Virus record (IMG/VR): IMGVR_UViG_3300035661_000078
Location: 1 to 55,442 of that record
Direction: 5' to 3' (one strand)
Source: a virus
Taxonomy: Duplodnaviria > Caudoviricetes
Length of the DNA stretch: 55,442 bases
A program made the translations under genes and the position numbers. Position 1 is the first letter of the stretch, and each line of letters opens with the position of its first letter. Positions 10,901 to 18,991 of this stretch are shown piece after piece. The notes under the pieces were generated by a model that saw only the letters and a program-made list of their open reading frames with translations, did no database searches and was not told the DNA's origin.

Positions 10901-13900
10901 AATTGCAGACCGGCTTCCAGAACGCCGTGGCCACCCGGGCCACGGAAAAGGCCACGAGCACCTTCTTCCATGAGATGAGCCACTTCCTTTCGACCTGGAT
11001 GGATCCGGCCTTCCGGAGCCGCATCCAGCTGGCCTATGACGACCATGTGACCAAGATGACCCAGGAGGATCCCTTCCTTCGGGCCCTCTTCGGTGAGGGA
11101 AGCCCTGTGCATTGGCAGGGCCTCGATGCTGCCCAGCTCGAGGGCGAGAAGGCCACGTACCTGACGGAAGGCGACCGCGCCGCCCTGGAGAAGCGCCTCC
11201 GCGACATCCCTGGGGAACTGGATTACCTCCGGATGGAAAGCGGCAGCTCTGACCGGATTCTGAACCAGCTCTTCCGCCCGCTGGGGAAGGAGGAGGCCAA
11301 GGATGGCTTCCGTTACGCCCTGGACCTGCGTGAGATCAGCAAGAAAAGCGAGAACTTCCAGCGGTACTATCGCTTCCTGAATCCGGACGAGTGGTTTGCC
11401 GAGACCTTCGGAAACTTCACCCAGATGGCCTTTGGGGGCAACGCCTTCCAGAACGCCAGGGCCCGCTTCCAGGATCTGGTGGGCAACGACCAGCTCCAGA
11501 CCACGAGCGACATGCTGGCGGCCGTGAAGATGGTCCAGGCCATTGCCCCGGGCGAGCGTGGTCCGAGCGGCAGTCAACGACTTCGGGTACTGGGCGATGC
11601 GGTGAAGCTCATGCAGAACCGCGAGGCCCCTGGAATCGGCCGGTCCACCCAGATGAACCGCCCCCTCAGCCGTCCCTTGAGTCCCGTCCCCCGAGAGAAA
11701 CAGGCCCAGGCCCAGGCCGACCTTGAGAACGTGCGGGAAGACGGGCCCACAGCCCGACAGGCCAATGGCCTGCGCGATGGCCTGGACGACGTGGAGCGCC
11801 AGCTCTTCGCGCTGGCCCACCGGGCCGGAAAGGTAGTCGAGCGCCCCATCTCGAAACTCGTGGAACTCATCGCCAGCGATGCCCTCTCTCCGGCCTCCCG
11901 AAATTACAGCCATGTCCTCACCGAGATCCATGCGAAGGCTGGCGCCACCCGGGCCTATGACGAGGTGAAGGCCAACGAGGCCCGCCGAGCTATTGATGCC
12001 GCCTTCCGCCGGGAGAACTCGGATGCCTTCTTCCGGAGCGCCGAGGACCTGGTGAAGGCGGGACGCGCTACCGAGATCAGCAGCATCCAGAACCGTCAGG
12101 GAGTGCGGCTCTTCAAGGGAAAGATCGGGGAGGAACCCATCTGGATCAATACCAACCGGGGCGGGAAGGTACTCCAGGTGATGACCGACCGGCAGATGGA
12201 CGCCTATCGCTTCGTGGAATCCAATGGGGCCAGGGGAGGCCGCCTCCTGACTCCGGAACTTCGGGACCACCTGGCGGCTTGGCTCGAGACGAAGAAAGCC
12301 ATGGATCAGGAGCGAAAGGCTGATTTCCTCTCCATCCCCGGTGTGGACCAGAACCTCGCGGACTCCATGTGGGTAAACGATTACCTGCCCCACCTCTATC
12401 CCCGGTCGGGCTCGGGCCGCACCTTGGACCGGATCCTCGAGGAGCGCGACACAATCGCCAATCTGGATCGCTTCCAACGTCGCGTCTTCCAGGACTATGA
12501 CCACGCCCTGCGGGCGGGCGGCCTGCTCCCGCGGTTGTCGAACCCCGTGGACACCTACCTTCTGGGGGCCCGGGAATCCCAGCGCGCCATGGACCTTCGC
12601 CGCCTCCTCTCCTACATGGAGGAGCGGGGCCTGGCCCACTATGGCTATCGGGACGACCATCCGGACTACAAACGCCTGGAACTGGGCCCCAACGGCAGCT
12701 TGGCCATGAAGCGCCTGGGCTACCACCAGGAGGAACCCCTCGATCCCGGGCAGGAACCCATCAAGGCGCCCCAGAAGGACCTCTGGGTGCATCCAGAATT
12801 GGAGCCTCTGGTTCGGGCAGGCTTCGACTATGGCCTGGCGAAGACCCCCTTTGGCGCGCTGTACCGCACGGCCATGCTGGCGAATCATGTCCTGGCTCCG
12901 GCGAAGCTCACGCTCTCGGGATTCCACCTGGGCACCATTACGAAGCTCGGCGGCGTAGAGGCCATGCGTTCCGCCTATGCCAACTATTCCCGCCTGCGGG
13001 ACATGGGAGTGGATCACGGGGAGGCCCTCACCCGCAGTCTCGACGGGCTGGCTTCCCAGGCGGGCATCAAGGGCGCGCTGGACGAGGGGAAGCGCATGCG
13101 CGACCTCTTCGTGGAGCACGGCCGGAAGTCGGCAGAACAACTGGCCGACCTCAATCTGCCCGCCATGGACAAGGCCAAGATCCTCCTCCTGCGGGCGGGT
13201 GGCTACTCGCCCATGCTGGCCCCGGCACGGGAAAGCATGGAGCGCGAGGCGCTCGCCCAGGCCCTCTCCGAGGGCAAGGTGGCCAAGACGGTCTGGAAGA
13301 GCTACACGGGCCTGATGGAGTCCGTGCAAGACGCCTTGATGAACCACACCATCGCCCCCATCAAGACCGGCCACATCACCCTGGACATGGAACGCATGCT
13401 CCGGGCGAAGTACGGCGAGAATCCCGACCTTGAGAAACTCACCCAGGATCTCTATGCGGGCGCTGACAAGGCCATGCCGGGGCCCTACACCACCACCGAG
13501 CTCGGAGAGTACGCGCGGCAACTGACCGCGCATGCGGACAACGTGTTCGGCATGGTGAACTACAAGAACCTGATGATGCACCCGGTCCTGAAGGACCTGA
13601 TGCACCTGTGGAATCTCAGCTTCGGCTGGCGCCTGGGCACCATGCGAATCATGGGCAAGGCCGTGGATCAGGGCCTGAACGCAACCCCCGTGGTTGGGGC
13701 GGCCTACCGAGGCCTGAAGCGAGGCATGGGCGGAACCGGCATCCACGAGGCGGTAGAAGGTCGGGCCCCCCTGCAGTTCATGGCCGCGCATGGCATGGCC
13801 GACATGCTCACCACGCTGGCCCTGGGCGCCCTGGGCGCGGCGCAGTTCCCCAACTGGCGGAAGAAGAAGGACGAGCAGGGCAACCCCATCGAGGAACCCT

Positions 13901-14838
13901 TCGACTACCAGGCCTTCCGGGGACGGCTGGAGGACCTGGTGTTCCCGGCCCTCTCTGATCGGCTGAACCACAACAGCCTGCAGAACCGCTTCTCGCTGGG
14001 CTACGCCTACGACTTCTGGGATGCCCTGAAGAATCCCCGCGAATGGGCCACCGGGCACACCGCGGGCAACAGCCCGCTCACCCAGATCGCGGCCGAGGCC
14101 ATCACCGGCAAGGACGCCATCGGCAACGAGATCGGCAACCCCTACGACTACACCCCCGTTCTGCCCCAGGAATGGGCGCAGAAGATCGCCACCTGGATGG
14201 CCAATCCTGACTCCAGCGCCTTCCTTGTGGGCGCGGCCCAGCGGGCCCTGCAAGTTCCGAAGGAGTTCCTCCCGATCAGCCTCACCAACGGCTACCGCCT
14301 GGCAAAGGACGGGGAGAATCCTCTCGTGGCGCTGGGCACCTTCGGCGGCCTGCGAAAGGTTCCCGACTTCAAGGGCTTCGGGCAGTCGGACGCCACCCAG
14401 GCCTCCATGGAACTACTCAAAAAGGGGGCCCAGAACCAGCCGAAGACCGCCGACAAGCAGGCCGACAAGAACCTGCGGGACCAGGCTGTGGCCGCCGCCC
14501 TGAACCAACGGGACGCGGATCAGCTGGATCCTCTGGTGGGCAATGGCTACAAGGCGGAGGGCGTGAAGCGGCTGAAGAATGAGCTCTTCGCCCAGCTCGG
14601 CGGGAAGGGCGAGGACGTGCCCCGCGAAGCGGGAGAGCGGTTCTTCCTGCGGGCCCGCTTCGAGGATCGCCTGGCCATCCTGCAGCTGGCGCGCAAGGAC
14701 GAGTTCCAGCGACTCTGGCCCATCTTCGAGAAGGGCGCAGCCAAGGGGCTGCGGGATTTGAAGGACAAGGATCCTGTTTCGGCTCAGATGGCCCAGGACC
14801 GCATTGACCGCCTCAAGACGAAGTGGGGTCTCGAATGA
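4906..14838 (+). CDS. Giant (3310 aa) internal virion / large polyvalent protein with zincin-like metallopeptidase motif and LPD38-like C-terminus
   Basis: Uninterrupted 9.9-kb ORF. FFHEMSH (HExxH, nt 10969-10983) is followed by PDEWFAE. PLTQIAAEAITGKDAIGNEI resembles LPD38. Confidence 0.7.
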   Translation: MPDLFDFDPNQGPLRVATVNGFAGGTFQTPQRLMDGAIWLDRGKTADPNQVSGWYKLGNDGATWQAAGDHIELPNGQEEQFGQAKTFRRSDGAIFLHPKFFGGGPVAGVQKPGWYEQDDKGNLKPAPAEESYSRRAWDAVAGTVKGIGSGIVNTAKTELGKVSNYLATGDSETSPDDAIKAQIDASSDPLATAQQIAQQAPQMGGTALGAAADEAHRFLVGAGEKFLGWGQAAGGLGLKAIGSLTGDPALKREASQLIHDPVTFDHSREKAQRELDLEETIRQLNEQKLTAQMLAKQGSIIGDAQGNPQGVTAEARDLLTAYTANLHKAVALERQVGQDRAVTSGVKNYLAGAGTLGGDTFDLAAQLALMEATGGLGNAAAREAAATTAQAGALATGQKAASTLARLGLSEELAAKAGKTITQALTTGQTAIPSALEAAAEAGGKAGAGRLPRIANWIADTSQAEQAGALSRGLAHAGQGVAMSLPGAVQEFTDLYGGNEDQGALGALWKVIKEQPKVAAVMVPMLSERLRAMTTPFAQTTVAGAAKNAAARTLTLAGTSTLADLLTSGGDPQAIGNLPAHIKGLLGLELLGAARGIGSARETGRQAADTRALAEDQLGEATKALLQDRPALEQVEAILKQAETEATGNPEQQAHLKDLRDELAARVAQHDQRAQAAAEAIAQTDQVANDLGVKPEDLPRPKARKLADPVTSILGKPTEPITSAPTPVPPPASDPVARHERVLAGLDDTRKILERRILDAKVAGKDTTALEDDLAQTKADMQARQAVAAEDAAPPAPAIASPAPDPALDPIARMQAISDAFDAPETANRWPNLGPNEQRAIWLAHGMDDATNRTPEGVAAYHLAMDRANRKIEGRRGPSGDPDRSAMDAIAAPQMIRPAKGLASDASDASDASAARPALAPPDLSGDTNAVMDHPELRKAGLWQGVKGLAESLKGKLDSAMAKVAAQKILARATKEGDGDATLPTKARILAQAALKTRDPLKVLTDQLGTSDHRDLVLQLGEIPAGMEGQARDAAAMDLMFQAMKDQDFGGNTSDFHTALRDAWRVTEKKRSAKVDPWQLKPFANFSDLERHVHRLTRGLDARLQATKEGADTTLDTVEKHLSGKKAALDQLLPGAQGPAKEGLEARAAQIRAQLSRLGALRQIRATDPENLSGFSRRLGAEIQGWTEDLRTGHQRGQSLVVTDPTGAKSDEYEARTGAIPVGKDENGAPRMLDTGLVHVFPKGGTLPLQRGLEMRGIVNRATPNEEQLRALWEADHKPGVPVGAELPDRPLLVPGTSFDWVRVGNKILPRPRPVAYTEESLEAGENNATRNAVQSVGHYDLAGFARHTNAILDNAGLERLPWREIKEAHERNVTLPESREAEAQRLRAQGALVPTEAHWRAGAAQRAPERSREEIAREAAKAEETRARLGDPTVPPTPEEIQAARDKQKALTPTDELTRREAANELRRLGPGALALAPDALLQRIHDLGAQPMDEETRGANQLIHGETVLSHSEYRALLDFLDKDFFNDRSQAWKEKAPNRAGVSDSLARAAGVDQTDLSSPARRAAEIEASSFDNRRGAEVLAEKKADADRRRAVQLRTASRALDRLLKAGILTGDDFLLPGAKPHETSQGEDGGIITHRNAEFRRTVLDALNDVADLDPRAGDIASELYAKVQETRDTQGDAIPAGHSPDTSFYRRGGRWIPNPESVESEPLFDHRPAVADMNQATGAERNSLLHALGQNPHVRASTQRMMAHEQLMAFADQVRHGATFKDYPEDLRTKIADHLETKAEGLVHEGDWALRDHLENQGQSYFKPIMEPRSPNEGQRTLLRDEDAAALLNQNHPRHEEVLHWFNGEEAPANRFAGLQEIPDTQETPEQRILQTHLIKVNPTVDPAVAVKQLVNDAMTSIGELNTTADVTARVSRWEKSAEPLLQERAATWHRNRDTVRTMTANDPELTRRILEITDRMDPALFSGLTIAPGNAEGKMGTFHFGKNLLELQTGFQNAVATRATEKATSTFFHEMSHFLSTWMDPAFRSRIQLAYDDHVTKMTQEDPFLRALFGEGSPVHWQGLDAAQLEGEKATYLTEGDRAALEKRLRDIPGELDYLRMESGSSDRILNQLFRPLGKEEAKDGFRYALDLREISKKSENFQRYYRFLNPDEWFAETFGNFTQMAFGGNAFQNARARFQDLVGNDQLQTTSDMLAAVKMVQAIAPGERGPSGSQRLRVLGDAVKLMQNREAPGIGRSTQMNRPLSRPLSPVPREKQAQAQADLENVREDGPTARQANGLRDGLDDVERQLFALAHRAGKVVERPISKLVELIASDALSPASRNYSHVLTEIHAKAGATRAYDEVKANEARRAIDAAFRRENSDAFFRSAEDLVKAGRATEISSIQNRQGVRLFKGKIGEEPIWINTNRGGKVLQVMTDRQMDAYRFVESNGARGGRLLTPELRDHLAAWLETKKAMDQERKADFLSIPGVDQNLADSMWVNDYLPHLYPRSGSGRTLDRILEERDTIANLDRFQRRVFQDYDHALRAGGLLPRLSNPVDTYLLGARESQRAMDLRRLLSYMEERGLAHYGYRDDHPDYKRLELGPNGSLAMKRLGYHQEEPLDPGQEPIKAPQKDLWVHPELEPLVRAGFDYGLAKTPFGALYRTAMLANHVLAPAKLTLSGFHLGTITKLGGVEAMRSAYANYSRLRDMGVDHGEALTRSLDGLASQAGIKGALDEGKRMRDLFVEHGRKSAEQLADLNLPAMDKAKILLLRAGGYSPMLAPARESMEREALAQALSEGKVAKTVWKSYTGLMESVQDALMNHTIAPIKTGHITLDMERMLRAKYGENPDLEKLTQDLYAGADKAMPGPYTTTELGEYARQLTAHADNVFGMVNYKNLMMHPVLKDLMHLWNLSFGWRLGTMRIMGKAVDQGLNATPVVGAAYRGLKRGMGGTGIHEAVEGRAPLQFMAAHGMADMLTTLALGALGAAQFPNWRKKKDEQGNPIEEPFDYQAFRGRLEDLVFPALSDRLNHNSLQNRFSLGYAYDFWDALKNPREWATGHTAGNSPLTQIAAEAITGKDAIGNEIGNPYDYTPVLPQEWAQKIATWMANPDSSAFLVGAAQRALQVPKEFLPISLTNGYRLAKDGENPLVALGTFGGLRKVPDFKGFGQSDATQASMELLKKGAQNQPKTADKQADKNLRDQAVAAALNQRDADQLDPLVGNGYKAEGVKRLKNELFAQLGGKGEDVPREAGERFFLRARFEDRLAILQLARKDEFQRLWPIFEKGAAKGLRDLKDKDPVSAQMAQDRIDRLKTKWGLE
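7612..7644 (+). repeat. In-frame 9-bp tandem repeat (GCCTCGGAC)x3+ encoding ASDASDASDAS
   Basis: Read directly from the sequence. Confidence 0.9.
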
Positions 14839-15086
14839 GTGAAACATCCCAGCATGGCGAAGGCTTCCTCTGCGACAACGAGGGCAACCGCAGCACGGGG
14901 CGGGCCCTGGCCTGGCTCTGCGTTTTCGGGGCCCTTGCGTTCTTCTGGGCTGGCTACGTCCGGCCGGCGACCACCGCGGACCACGCTTACAAGTGTGGCG
15001 CGGCCCTGCTGGTAGCGGCGGCCGTCTTCTACAACGGAGGCAAGGGCCTCGAAAAGATCGAAGCAATCTGGGGGAGGGGACAATGA
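14835..15086 (+). CDS. Holin-like protein (two TM helices)
   Basis: ATGA overlap with the giant gene; FLCDNEGNRSTGR followed by two hydrophobic helices. Confidence 0.55.
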   Translation: MSETSQHGEGFLCDNEGNRSTGRALAWLCVFGALAFFWAGYVRPATTADHAYKCGAALLVAAAVFYNGGKGLEKIEAIWGRGQ

Positions 15087-15631
15087 TCCCGCGGTTTTGG
15101 AAACCCCTGTTGGCCCTGGGGGTCCTCGTCGTCGTGGGCCTCTGGGCCTGGGACTTCTTCGGCCCCGGGGCTACACGGCGCCAGGCCTTGAAGCAGGCGG
15201 AGCTGCACGACAAGACGGCCGAAGCCGCGAAGATGGACGCTCGGAGGGAGGGCGAGAAGGGCGATGCCATCGCGGATCAGATTGACCGACGCAGCCTTCC
15301 CATCCAGGAGAAGGCGGAGGCGGTTCTCGCGGCGGCCCCCGTGGTCGAGGCCCAGGCCCAGCTTCACCTGGTTACGCCGGAGGCGTTGGCCCTGGCGCGG
15401 GATGCGAGGGATCTGGCCAACCTGGTGTTGACCCAGGAGCGGGACATTCAAGCCCTGGAGGCCTCCCGGCAGGCCATGGCCGCGCATTACGAGATCGCCC
15501 TGGGCGAGAAGGACCAGGAAATTGCCATCCTCAAGATCGAGGCCAAGAAGCCACGGCTTACCCTGCCTCGGGCGGTGGGTCTCGTGGGACTAGGCGCGGT
15601 GCTGGCCCGGGGCCTGACCCTGCTGTTCTAG
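15083..15631 (+). CDS. Spanin-like (Rz/i-spanin) membrane-anchored coiled-coil protein
   Basis: N-terminal TM, long coiled coil, hydrophobic C-terminus; ATGA-coupled to the holin-like gene. Confidence 0.5.
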   Translation: MIPRFWKPLLALGVLVVVGLWAWDFFGPGATRRQALKQAELHDKTAEAAKMDARREGEKGDAIADQIDRRSLPIQEKAEAVLAAAPVVEAQAQLHLVTPEALALARDARDLANLVLTQERDIQALEASRQAMAAHYEIALGEKDQEIAILKIEAKKPRLTLPRAVGLVGLGAVLARGLTLLF

Positions 15632-16053
15632 TACGGCCACTTCACCGCGGGGCGGTCCTTCACCACCGGGGCCTCAGAGGATTCCGGTTCATCACCCACG
15701 GGGCGCACGTCCCAGGGATCTCCCTTGCGCGCGGGCTTTCGGATGAGCAGGACCGTCAGGGGATAGAGGGCCTGGAAGACCTTCAGCTTTACCCAGGCGT
15801 CTTCCTCCATGTGGCCCTTGACCTCATGGACTTCCAGGGTACCGTCCTTCCGCATCACCACGAAGTCGGGCGTGTACCAGAGGGCCTTGGCCTTGAGCCG
15901 CCACTTCCATTCCTCGAACCAGTACGCCAGGATCTCGCCGGCCATTTTCAGGGGTTCGAGGACCTCAGCGGCATAGGCGGCTTCGGTCTTGTTCATCATC
16001 CCCGGGGTGTGCCGCAGGGCTGGGTTGAATCGGGCTCTTACCTGGAAAGCCAT
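15628..16053 (-). CDS. DUF1064-like PD-(D/E)xK nuclease
   Basis: MNKTEAAYA...YTPDF.V....EVHEVKG motif. Confidence 0.75.
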   Translation of the reverse strand: MAFQVRARFNPALRHTPGMMNKTEAAYAAEVLEPLKMAGEILAYWFEEWKWRLKAKALWYTPDFVVMRKDGTLEVHEVKGHMEEDAWVKLKVFQALYPLTVLLIRKPARKGDPWDVRPVGDEPESSEAPVVKDRPAVKWPY

Positions 16054-16122
16054 GCTGACCCCATCTTTTTCCTTGTGGCCTCGGAAGCCTTATTTTAGGC
16101 TGAACGCATCCAGGAGGTAAGT

Positions 16123-16347
16123 ATGACAGATGCCCCGGGGAGGACCAAGAAACAGTTGGCGGCCGTGGAACAGGAGAAGGCCGTGGCCTTCCGCCAGGGG
16201 ATCGCCGCCTTCAAGGCTGGGCAGGGTGTCGAGTCAAACGCCTACCTGGAAGACCCGCGTGAGCACATGGCCCCGGCATGGCGGCGCGGTTGGGAGGCGG
16301 AGCACGTGCTCAGGACCCAGATCAACCCCCGGGAAAGGAGGGCCTGA
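16123..16347 (+). CDS. Rmf/CrpP-fold small protein (ribosome modulation factor-like)
   Basis: RBS AGGAGGT; pattern AFRQG.AA...G....N.Y......AW..GW. Confidence 0.6.
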   Translation: MTDAPGRTKKQLAAVEQEKAVAFRQGIAAFKAGQGVESNAYLEDPREHMAPAWRRGWEAEHVLRTQINPRERRA

Positions 16348-16622
16348 TGGCCAAGAAGAAGAAGGCTCGGCTGTGCCGGGCGGATCTCGTGAAGACAATC
16401 GCTGCCAACCACAACCTGACGCAGGCCGGGGCCCGGGAGATCCTGGGAGACCTCTTCAACGCAATCGCCATGACCGTGCAGGCGGGCGGGACCGTGACCG
16501 TGCGCGGCTTCGGCCAGTTCCTCGGCCGGGTCGGCGGTGGCTTCGAGCGCAATGGGAAAGTCATCCCCAAGCGTCGGCGTCTGGCCTTCCGGCCGAGCGT
16601 CTGCCAGAAAGAGGCCGTCTAG
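16347..16622 (+). CDS. HU/IHF-family DNA-binding protein
   Basis: RADLVKTIA...V.VRGFGQF...IP.RR.LAFRPS signature; TGATG coupling. Confidence 0.85.
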   Translation: MAKKKKARLCRADLVKTIAANHNLTQAGAREILGDLFNAIAMTVQAGGTVTVRGFGQFLGRVGGGFERNGKVIPKRRRLAFRPSVCQKEAV

Positions 16623-16629
16623 GTTTTGA

Positions 16630-16701
16630 TGCGGGGTAGCTCAATGGCAGAGCGCCGGTTTCATACGCCGGAGGTTGTGGGTTCAAGTCCCACCCCCGCC
16701 A
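16630..16701 (+). tRNA. tRNA with CAT anticodon (probably tRNA-Met)
   Basis: Cloverleaf: GCGGGG/CCCCGC acceptor, GCTC/GAGC D arm, CCGGT-TTCATAC-GCCGG anticodon arm, GTGGG-TTCAAGT-CCCAC T arm; CCA not encoded. Confidence 0.9.
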
Positions 16702-16737
16702 CCCCTCCCCAGGGCAGGAATCAGCGGAAGCCCAGTC

Positions 16738-17847
16738 ATGGCTCCTCCCGTCCGCGCCGCGCCTGAGCCGCTGAGTCGGGTTCGGCACCCTGGGGATACT
16801 TGGCTGGTCGTTGTTCACGGCGACAGGCCTCCTTTTTCGGGAGATTTTGTGGACCCCCTTGCTCTTTTTCAGGAAGTCTTTCGTGACGTCTTCCCCGACT
16901 ACCCCACGCGCTGGTTTCGAATGTCATGCAGGGATCAAGACACCTACCTGCTGGGCATCTACCCCCCGGGCCAGCCGCCCCTCGCCGTGCTTGAGAACCT
17001 TCGGCTTCGTGACGTGAACTCCAGAACTGCGGCCCATGCGGTCCTTCAGTCCTTGCGCGACAAAGTGGACCAGACGATGCAAGCCAAGACCCTTCCAGCT
17101 TCGTCTTCCACGAAAGCAGTTGGGTTCGGACACAGCGAGCGGAAGCTGGCCGATGTCTTTGCGGAAAGCGTCCGCGACCAATTCTCGGCCTTCTTTGGTG
17201 ACATGCCACTTCGTTGCCTTGACGTGGAAATCGTGAACCTCGTGGATCGCATCGGAAACGGCATTTGGGTCAACCTCGACTCAGGGGCGGCCTGCGTTTC
17301 GGTCATCACGGATGGCGCAACCATCTACCGCCATGGGATCAGACCCCAGGACGTGCTTGCGGCCCTCTACAACCTGATGAACCAGGCGCTGGGACTGAAA
17401 CCCGTCTTTCCCCCGAACGCGCAGGGCCTCACCTGTATCATCCACCGAGTCGGACCAGCCCTGGACCCGAAGGCACCGCAGGATCCGCCGACAGCCCATC
17501 CTGCCCCATCCCCCATCACCCTTGCGGAGTACGTCGCCTTCACGCGCACCACGGCCTGCAATCCTGGGGCCCTGAGCGCAAGGCGGGAGAACCTGAACTA
17601 CCTGGCCCTGGGCCTCTGCTCCGAGGCGGGCGAGGTGGCCGGCAAGCTCAAGAAGATCCTCCGGGGCGACCCGGACCGACCGACCAACCACGACATCATG
17701 CTGGAGCTGGGGGACGTACTCTGGTACGCCTTCCGCCTGGCTGATGACCTGGGTTACACCCCCGAGTGCGTGCTCTCCGCCAATCGCACCAAGCTCCAGG
17801 ACCGCAAGGTCCGCCAGGTGCTCAAGGGCTCCGGAGATGCGCGATGA
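16738..17847 (+). CDS. MazG-like NTP pyrophosphohydrolase with long unknown N-terminal region (start uncertain)
   Basis: C-terminal LGLCSEAGEVAGKLKK...ELGDVLWY...N..KL..R..R..LKGSGD.R. Confidence 0.8.
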   Translation: MAPPVRAAPEPLSRVRHPGDTWLVVVHGDRPPFSGDFVDPLALFQEVFRDVFPDYPTRWFRMSCRDQDTYLLGIYPPGQPPLAVLENLRLRDVNSRTAAHAVLQSLRDKVDQTMQAKTLPASSSTKAVGFGHSERKLADVFAESVRDQFSAFFGDMPLRCLDVEIVNLVDRIGNGIWVNLDSGAACVSVITDGATIYRHGIRPQDVLAALYNLMNQALGLKPVFPPNAQGLTCIIHRVGPALDPKAPQDPPTAHPAPSPITLAEYVAFTRTTACNPGALSARRENLNYLALGLCSEAGEVAGKLKKILRGDPDRPTNHDIMLELGDVLWYAFRLADDLGYTPECVLSANRTKLQDRKVRQVLKGSGDAR

Positions 17848-18068
17848 GCGCCCAGCGAATCACGGAAGGCGCGGCCGTTGTCGGTCTTGGCACCTGGCTG
17901 GTGGGCATCTTGGGCCACCTCTTGGATCAGGCCTTCCCGGCCCAGCGCGCGGAGGGTAGCCAAGGGGCGTATTGGGCCTGGTGGTATCTGCCCCTGGCCG
18001 TTACCTGGATCCTCACCCTGGTCTTCGGGCTCATTCGCATGGGTTCGGACGACAAGGGGCGGCCGTGA
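17844..18068 (+). CDS. Small membrane protein (two TM)
   Basis: ATGA overlap; two hydrophobic segments. Confidence 0.55.
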   Translation: MSAQRITEGAAVVGLGTWLVGILGHLLDQAFPAQRAEGSQGAYWAWWYLPLAVTWILTLVFGLIRMGSDDKGRP

Positions 18069-18190
18069 TGGGTGTCATCGCGCTGCTCTGGTTCGCCTAC
18101 TCGGTCGGGGTCTGCCTTTGGGACCTGGATCAGGAACAGACCCGGACCCGAGCTCTGACCCAAGGAGGTTCCCGTGCTTCAGCGAAGTGA
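18068..18190 (+). CDS. Small membrane protein
   Basis: TGATG overlap; MGVIALLWFAYSVGVCLW. Confidence 0.45.
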   Translation: MGVIALLWFAYSVGVCLWDLDQEQTRTRALTQGGSRASAK

Positions 18191-18554
18191 TCTTGGCGCC
18201 CATCATGTGCTCACCGTGCTGGGGAAGCCCCTGCCCTTCCCGGCCCTCGCGGTGGACACCTCGGGCCACGCCCTGCGCGTCCGGACCCTGGGCTACGTTC
18301 GGCATCCCAAGGTGCCCAGCCTTTCCGTGCTCCGGGTGGTCTGGGATGCCGACTGGCCTCGGCCCATGGCCTTTCAGGGCATGGTTCAGATCACGGATCC
18401 CAACCTCCAGGGCCTAGAGGAGGGCGCGGCCCAACTGGTGGGAGCCTTCCGGGCCCTGGCGCGGGCAGCCTTCCATGATTACCGGTTGGCCTTGCGCCCC
18501 ATGAGCCATCCCAAGTGGCTGCGTCGATCCCGCAAGCACCAGAGGAACCAGTGA
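18174..18554 (+). CDS. Hypothetical protein
   Basis: RBS AAGGAGGT before the GTG start. Confidence 0.55.
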   Translation: MLQRSDLGAHHVLTVLGKPLPFPALAVDTSGHALRVRTLGYVRHPKVPSLSVLRVVWDADWPRPMAFQGMVQITDPNLQGLEEGAAQLVGAFRALARAAFHDYRLALRPMSHPKWLRRSRKHQRNQ

Positions 18555-18689
18555 CCAAGCCGACCTTCTGCACCGCGACCTTCCCGGCGGGTACCCGGGC
18601 TACTGCCCAGAACTTCGACCGGAACTGCGCGCCCGCGTCTCCGGAGCCGCTGGCTCCCTTCGCGGACTGAGGCCGAGGTCGCCCAAGGC

Positions 18690-18711
18690 CAGGGCCCCTT
18701 GCGGGGCCCTG
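18690..18711. terminator. GC-rich hairpin between convergent genes
   Basis: CAGGGCCCC-TTGC-GGGGCCCTG perfect inverted repeat. Confidence 0.65.
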
Positions 18712-18712
18712 T

Positions 18713-18991
18713 TCATTCCAGCACGTCCACGGCCCGGTAGGCCTGCTGCTTGACGTCCCAGACCTGCAGCCGGTCCAGGAATTGCCAGGCCACGAAGCAA
18801 CCGAAGGTCTCGGCCAGGTAGCGATCCGGGAAGGTGGGCAGGTCGAAGTAGTCGCGCCCGGTGATGGGGATGGGCCAGTCCGCGGCTTCCATGAGGGTCG
18901 GGAAAACCCGCCAGCGTCCGTCCGGCTGCTGGACACAGGTGATCTCGAGGCTGTGATAGTCGCTGTCCCCGACGATCTCGGGGCTGCTCAC
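18713..18991 (-). CDS. Hypothetical protein
   Basis: 92-aa ORF, GTGA-coupled to the upstream gene. Confidence 0.55.
   Translation of the reverse strand: MSSPEIVGDSDYHSLEITCVQQPDGRWRVFPTLMEAADWPIPITGRDYFDLPTFPDRYLAETFGCFVAWQFLDRLQVWDVKQQAYRAVDVLE

Noticed and set aside
8797-14253. 1818-aa minus-strand ORF and other long antisense ORFs
   Set aside because: These are shadows of GC-rich + strand genes; they show no motifs and fully overlap better-supported CDSs.
4906-14838. N4-like or crAss-like virion RNA polymerase, suggested by size and the GCGAAGC hairpins
   Set aside because: I found neither T7-type motifs (DxxGR, RxxxKxxxxxxxYG) nor a catalytic DxDxD motif by eye; a structural search would be needed.
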